Source: Eledone cirrhosa (Eukaryota). From it: a DNA stretch of 64,000 nucleotides. A program made the translations under genes and the position numbers. Where the stretch lies: the NCBI GenBank assembly GCA_964016885.1, contig OZ024748.1, positions 7,068,001 to 7,132,000 of the forward strand, in the 5' to 3' direction. Of this stretch, positions 57,285 through 64,000 are shown piece after piece. The notes under the pieces were generated by a model. The model did no database searches. It was not told where the DNA came from and saw nothing but the letters and a program-made list of their open reading frames with translations. How positions within the stretch are numbered: position 1 is the stretch's first letter; each line of letters begins with the position of its first letter.

Positions 57285-57677
57285 TCTCTCAAACACACAT
57301 ATACACACACATACAAACAACCACACCACACACACACACTCTCTCTCGCCCTCTATCTCCCTCACATACACATAGACAGACAAACACAACCACACATACA
57401 AACAAATAAGTACACAGACTATCTCCACCCCTCTCTCTCTCTCTCATACACACACATGTATTGAGCAATAACTAAAAGAAACTTGTTACAAGACAATAGT
57501 TTTATTGTAGCTCTGAAGTAATGTAGCATGATGACAGACGAATATATTTATCTTGTGCTGATATATTTCTCGACTGTCACTCACTTAACATTTCAATGAG
57601 AGATGTAATATATTCTTATATACCTAGCACAAATTTACAATGTGGGGTTCCGGTGTGGATGTGATATATATATATAT

Positions 57678-57869
57678 ATTATGAAAATAAACCAAAGAAG
57701 CCTTCAATACATCAAAAGTCTTTCATAAAGACTTTTGATGTATTGAAGGCTTCTTTGGTTTATTTTCATAATTCTTCGGCTCTGTTTAATTACATTGAGC
57801 TATACCTTTACTGTCATTTCTATTATACGAAGAGGGTGTTTAACACCAACACACTCTAGTATTTCAATT

Positions 57870-57872
<3 letters not shown>
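57678..57872 (+). mobile_element. Fold-back element: perfect 46-bp arms plus 100-nt tail
   Basis: 57678-57723 pairs with 57727-57772 around a 3-nt loop; the tail matches 32608-32674. Confidence 0.9.
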
Positions 57873-57932
<60 letters not shown>

Positions 57933-57934
<2 letters not shown>

Positions 57935-58277
57935 GTAGGAGGTGAGTTTTATTGTGGTACAATAAAGCAATGCAGATATCGCATAAGTAGCACTCTACAG
58001 TTTGTAGGACTGGAGTATAAATAATATAAGATCAAAAGATGGTTAAAAGAGTTCCAAGTATTTTATTATGCGCATTTCAAAAACAAATATCATCATGAGC
58101 TGATATCTGTGTTATGTTGATTTAAAACTTCACTATTCACAAGTGTTTTTTAACCTTCATATCATGTATCCCTATTTTATCTGATGAAAACGCAGATATC
58201 ATCTCATGATGATATGTGTTTTTGAAATGTGCATAGTACTTGGAACTCTTTTAACCATCTTTTAATCTTATATTATA
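57933..58277. mobile_element. Fold-back PLE-like element with hammerhead
   Basis: 58021-58113 is inverted at 58188-58277, with a ~90-nt tail on the left. CTGATGA…GAAATG(C/T)GCATA core at 58173-58235. Confidence 0.85.
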
Positions 58278-58326
58278 TATATATACGATATTAAACAAAT
58301 GGAAACTATATTTATAAAACCATATT

Positions 58327-58392
58327 TATTTCATTATACATATTTCAGGGATACCATATTAAAAATATGGCATGCCTTCTTCAGATAAAATA
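58327..58392 (-). ncRNA. Type I hammerhead ribozyme motif
   Basis: Reads tattttat-CTGAAGA-agg.atgccatatt/aatatggtat.cct-GAA-ATATGTAT-A-atgaaata: 8-bp stem I, long stem II and intact core. Confidence 0.82.
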
Positions 58393-58662
58393 CAATATAT
58401 AAGCAGTTTTATAAATAAATTTGACGTACCATAAAATATTGATCAACTTCCATTTAAAAAAGTTGGTTTGGTAGTGAAATGTTTGTAAATATTTAGTGTT
58501 AAGCACAGTTAGAAAGAAAGACGGAGAGAAGGAATAATGTATGTAAAGAGGAATAAATGTATATATATATACATACTTTACATATATTCATATATACATA
58601 TTTATATATGGAGACATATACACATATTTATATATATGTATACATATATACATATTATATAT

Positions 58663-58714
<52 letters not shown>

Positions 58715-58726
58715 TACACCCCCTGG

Positions 58727-58760
<34 letters not shown>

Positions 58761-58784
58761 CTGTATATATATGTATGTATATCT

Positions 58785-58822
<38 letters not shown>

Positions 58823-58884
58823 ATATATATACATACATACAGACCTACATACACACATATATATATATATATATATAAATATAT

Positions 58885-59007
58885 AGGAAAAAGTATGACC
58901 CCGACGGCAGAGCTCAAACCGTTTCGACGGCTATTTCTAATACCCTAAGTATTGAGTACTCTGGTGCGTTATGGTCCATCTTGTTCCTTACCACAATTCC
59001 TTTGTTA
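58885..59007. mobile_element. Family A element: inverted arm plus non-overlapping tail
   Basis: ggaaaaagtatgaccccgacggc…ctatttct joined to taccctaagtattgag…ttcctttgtt. Confidence 0.88.
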
Positions 59008-59056
59008 TAAATATATATATATATACACACAGATATACATACATATACATATATAT

Positions 59057-59113
<57 letters not shown>

Positions 59114-59155
59114 AATATTATATATATATATACACACAGATATACATACATATAC

Positions 59156-59186
<31 letters not shown>

Positions 59187-59239
59187 AATATATATATATA
59201 AATATTATATATATATATACACACAGATATACATACATA

Positions 59240-59280
<41 letters not shown>

Positions 59281-59374
59281 AGATATACATACATATACAT
59301 ATATATACATATATATATATATATATACTTATACACACATATATATATATGTATACAGATATACATACATATAC

Positions 59375-59405
<31 letters not shown>

Positions 59406-59629
59406 CATATATATACGTACATACGTATGTATATATATATAGGTGTGGGTGGGGGTGTTCTGACACATTACCAGGTCAGTTGTGTAGTACAAGGTGTACA
59501 GTGGTGGGTGAACCAACCTCACTCTTTCAATAATTGGTAATTTATTGTTCCCCGAGGAAACGTAAAATGGCGACACTTCCCTTCAGAGGAATTGTGGGTC
59601 AGAAGGGCAAAGCAGGGAGGGTTGTTTGT

Positions 59630-59696
<67 letters not shown>

Positions 59697-59699
59697 TGA

Positions 59700-59758
<59 letters not shown>

Positions 59759-59769
59759 TGTATGCATGA

Positions 59770-59830
<61 letters not shown>

Positions 59831-60159
59831 CGTACATACATATACGTACACACGTACATATGCATACACACGTACATATACATACACATGTACGTACGCT
59901 CATGCATGTATCCACATACAAATACATACATACCCACACACACATGCATATACTCACACACGAATATATTTATCTATATACATAAACACACAAATATATA
60001 TATATAAATACATATATATATACATATATATATATATATGTGTATGTGTGTGTGTACATACATACACACAATGAGGGAGAGAGAGATGTAAAACCCCGAC
60101 CGCGGCGTCAAGCGGTTTCGGCTTTTGTGTTCAGTAAACCTTTTGTAGTATATACATTC

Positions 60160-60366
60160 GACACTAGAGCGCGGAACAAATTACCTTGCGGTATTTGTTC
60201 TAGTCCCCTGAGCTTTTGAATTCAAATCCCACCGAGGTTATCGTTGCAATTCATCCTTAAGGGGTCGATAAAATAAAGTACCAGTAATGCACTGACGTTG
60301 ATTTAATTCACTTTACCTCCTACCAAAATTGCTGACCTTATGCCTATACTAGAGATAGTTATAATT
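60160..60366 (+). mobile_element. Older tRNA-derived SINE
   Basis: gaattcaaatcccaccgagg…ggggtcgataaaataaagtaccag…gaccttatgcc. Confidence 0.75.
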
Positions 60367-60367
60367 A

Positions 60368-60558
60368 ATATGAAAAGATTCAGGACCCCGACGGCTGAGC
60401 TCCAGCCATTTCGACAGTTCGGATCTTGCTGTCGAAACGGCAGGAGCTCAGCCGTCGGGAACCTGTATCTTTTCATATTACCCACTCTACTACCCCAAGT
60501 ATCGAGTACTCTGGTGGATTATGGTCCACCTGGTTTTCTTACCACACCCTATCTGATA
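60368..60558 (+). mobile_element. Family A subfamily fold-back element
   Basis: Arms 60368-60417 and 60429-60480, with tail to ctatctga. Confidence 0.85.
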
Positions 60559-60576
60559 TTATAATTAATAGCAATT

Positions 60577-60769
60577 AAGGCGGTGGATTGGCAGAATCGG
60601 TAGAGGGTCGGACGCCATGCTTTGACGCATAGAGTTACGGCCCTTGCCATTCTGAATTCAAATCCCACAGAGGTTAACTTTGCCTTTCATCCTTACGGGG
60701 TCGATAAAATAAAGTACCAGTAATACACTGGGTAATTGCTGGCCTTGTGCCAAAAAGTAGAAACAATTA
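60577..60769 (+). mobile_element. Full-length tRNA-derived SINE with TSD
   Basis: A box tggcagaatcgg and B box gaattcaaatcc; aattaatagcaat is duplicated at 60563-60575 and 60770-60782. Confidence 0.95.
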
Positions 60770-61003
60770 AATTAATAGCAATGTATCATTGTATCAATAT
60801 ATGTGTAGTGTCAGTGATTGGTTTGTTAAACCATTCGGTTGGGTGATTGCTATAACCCCAGTAGACCAATTGGAAATGACAGGTATGGTCGTCCCCTTGG
60901 CTGGGTTTCTTCTTCTTCTTATTATTATTATTATTGATTTTGTTGTCATTGTTTTTGTTTTTTGTTGTTATCTAATATAATCTTTGTATATTTCTTTCTA
61001 TAA

Positions 61004-61165
61004 ATAATTGTTTCTACTTTTGGCACAAGGCCAGCAATTATCCCAGTGCATTACTGGTACTTTATTTTATCGATCCGGTAAGGATGAAAGGCAAAGTTAA
61101 CCTCGGCTGGATTCGAACTCAGAACGTAAAGGGCCGTAACTATGATGCACTGATACTGCCAATAC
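61004..61165 (-). mobile_element. tRNA-derived SINE with partly deleted head
   Basis: Same core and tail as the other copies. Confidence 0.88.
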
Positions 61166-61439
61166 ACCAATAATTATTTCAATTTAGGCAAAAGGTCAGC
61201 AGTTTACTGAGTGGTGTGAGTTAGTTAACAGATTGAGGTCAATTATTACAATTAAATAGGATATGGGCCAGTTGTGACACTGGACAAATTTTGGGCCACT
61301 TACGATACCGAAAAAGATTTGGGCCACTTACGATACTGAACAATATTTGGGCCACTTGTAACATTAAACTAGATTTATATGTTGCACTGAACAATCATTG
61401 AATTAACAGCAGAGGAAACAACGTGAAGAATAAGTTAAG

Positions 61440-62460
61440 TTGTTGATGATGATGATGTTGAGGATGATGTTGTTGTTGTTAATGGTGGTGGTGATGGGGG
61501 TTGTCAATGTTGGTGATGCTGTTGTTAATGGTGGTGATGACGATGGTGGTGGTGGTGGTGATGATCGTGGTGATGGTGATGATGATGTTAATGGTGGTGT
61601 TGGTGATGATGATGGTGGTGATGATGATGTTAATGGTAGTGTTGGTGATGATGATGGTGGTGATGAATATGTTAATGGTGGTGATGGTGATGTTAATGGT
61701 GGTGTTGGTGATGATGATGGTGGTGATGATGATGTTAATGGTAGTGTTGGTGATGATGATGGTGGTGATGAATATGTTAATGGTGGTGATGGTGATGTTA
61801 ATGGTGGTGTTGGTGATGATGATGATGGTGGTGGTGGTGGTGGTGATGGTGGTGGTGGTGGTGATGATGGTGGTGGTGGTGGTGATGGTGGTGGTGGTGA
61901 TGGTGGTGGTGGTGGTGATGATGGTGGTGATGATGGTGATGATGGTGGTGGTGGTGATGATGGTGGTGATGATGGTGGTGGTGATGATGGTGGTGATGAT
62001 GATGATGGTGGTGGTGGTGGTGGTGATCGTGGTGATGGTGGTGGTGATGATGATGTTGTTAATGGTGGTGTTGGTGATGATGATGGTGGTGATGATGGTG
62101 GTGGTGATGATGATGGTGGTGATGATGATCGTGGTGATGATGGTGGTGGTGATGATGATGGTGGTGGTGATGATGGTGGTGGTGATGATCGTGGTGATGA
62201 TGCTGTTGTTAATGGTGTTGGTGATGTTGATGATGGTGGTGATGATGGTGTTGGTGATGAAGATGGTGTCGTTGGTGATGATGATCATGGTGATGATGGT
62301 GGTGGTGATGATGTTGTTGATGGGGGTGTCAATGTTCGTGATGCTGTTGTTGTTACTATTATTGTTGTTTGTTATGATGGTGACATTGATGTCATTGTTG
62401 TTGTTGTTACTGATGATGATGATGATAGATTCATTGTTGTTTGTGTTATTGTTGTTGTTT
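61440..62460. repeat. (GAT/GGT/GTT)n compound trinucleotide repeat
   Basis: Direct inspection; internal duplicated blocks. Confidence 0.95.
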
Positions 62461-62576
62461 CTAAACTTCTCAATGCCAACTATTCCCCTTGAGATAACTT
62501 AAATTGTTTGGAGGACATAGTTTCTCGGTGCGAAACTTTAAAGTAGTTGTTACACAACATGTGTGTGTGAACATGT

Positions 62577-62636
<60 letters not shown>

Positions 62637-62642
62637 GCAATA

Positions 62643-63287
62643 TAGTAGTAGTATTAGTTGTCCTGTTGGTGGTGGTAGTTGTAGTGCTAGTAGTAGCAAT
62701 GGTAGTGTTGGTGGTAGTGGTTGTGGTGTTGCTGGAGGCAGTAGTAGTATTAGTTGTGGTGTTGTTGGTGGTAGTTGTAGTATTAGTAGTAGCAATGGTA
62801 GTGTTGGTGGTAGTGGTTGTGGTGTTGCTGGAGGCAGTAGTAGTATTAGTTGTGGTGTTGTTGGTGGTAGTTGTAGTATTAGTAGTAGCAATGGTAGTGT
62901 TGGTGGTAGTGGTTGTGGTGTTGCTGGAGGCAGTAGTAGTATTAGTTGTGGTGTTGTTGGTGGTAGTTGTAGTATTAGTAGTAGCAATGGTAGTGTTGGT
63001 GGTAGTGGTTGTGGTGTTGCTGGAGGCAGTAGTAGTATTAGTTGTGGTGTTGTTGGTGGTAGTTGTAGTATTAGTAGTAGCAATGATAGTGTTGGTGGTA
63101 GTGGTTGTGGTGTTGCTGGAGGCAGTAGTAGTATTAATAGTGGTGTTGATGGTGGTAGTTGTAGTATTAGTAGTAGCAATGGTAGTGTTGGTGGTAGTTG
63201 TAGTATTAGTAGTAGCAATGATAGTGTTGGTGGTAGTGGTTGTATTAGTAGTAGCAATGGTAGTGTTGGTGGTAGTGGTTGTGGTGT
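62643..63287. repeat. 96-bp minisatellite, ~5.5 copies plus truncated units
   Basis: 32-aa periodicity in the ORF translations. Confidence 0.93.
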
Positions 63288-63563
63288 CATCATCTGACTT
63301 ATGTTTTTAGCATAAAGTCAGACTGGAACCAGAAAACAACAAAGAAACCAATGATGGTGATGATGATGATAACAACAATGATGATGATGATGATGATGAT
63401 ATTGATAAAGGAAATAGTATAGATGATGGTAATGGTGATGATGGTATTGACTACACACGGACACACACAGACAGAGATAGGTAGATAGATAGATAGATAG
63501 ATAGAGAGACAGACAGACAGACAGATAGATAGATATCTTTATTTATTTATTTATTAGATATAT

Positions 63564-63598
<35 letters not shown>

Positions 63599-63638
63599 TA
63601 CATAGATAGGTAGATAGATAGATATATACATAGATAGG

Positions 63639-63669
<31 letters not shown>

Positions 63670-63736
63670 GTAAGTAAATGGATGTTGTCCAACGCTTTAA
63701 CGATATTGCCAATCCAGCGTCCTCTAAAGGGTTAAT

Positions 63737-63926
63737 AATTGTTTCTACTTTTGGCACAAAGCCAGCAATTACCCCAGTGTATTACTGGTACTTTATTTTA
63801 TCGACCCCGTAAGGATGAAAGGCAAAGTTAACCTCGGCGGGATTTGAACTCAGTCCGTAAAGGAAAGTAACTCTATGCTTCAAAGCATGGCGTCCGACCC
63901 TCTACCGATACTGCCAATCCACCGCC
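63737..63926 (-). mobile_element. Full-length tRNA-derived SINE with TSD
   Basis: taa(a/g)gggttaataat at 63725-63739 and 63930-63944. Confidence 0.95.
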
Positions 63927-64000
63927 CTTTAAGGGGTTAATAATGCCAACCGTTTGGGGGGGAAGGGAATCGGTTAAACCACCCCAGTGAGTTACTGGTA

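Noticed and set aside
60577-60670. tRNA gene
   Set aside because: A/B boxes continue into a multi-copy SINE body with TSDs; there is no proper acceptor stem or terminator.
61440-63310. Long Gly/Asp, Met/Val and Ser/Gly ORFs
   Set aside because: Several frames on both strands are open, as expected for trinucleotide repeats.

Overview
Non-coding, AT-rich eukaryotic DNA, intronic or intergenic. The repeat families resemble those of octopod cephalopods, but this is an inference from recalled SINE motifs. No intact host gene is recognisable, and nearly all ORFs in the track are translations of (TA)n, (CA)n, (GA)n or trinucleotide microsatellites. Recognisable content: about 15 tRNA-derived SINE copies; fragments of RTE and R4/Dong-type LINEs, one with a twin-priming-type 5' inversion; several MITEs; and several minisatellites (27, 63, 96, ~110 and ~130-200 bp units). 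The most striking signal is a dense set of short elements from at least six unrelated families inserted in (TA)n tracts. Most carry complete or partial minimal type I hammerhead ribozyme motifs of the kind found in Penelope-like elements (PLEs). They share one architecture: (TA)n, an inverted arm starting at a fixed internal site, a variable junction, a direct arm with a ~70-100 nt tail, then (TA)n. All alignments and folds were done by eye, so coordinates are approximate to a few bases.
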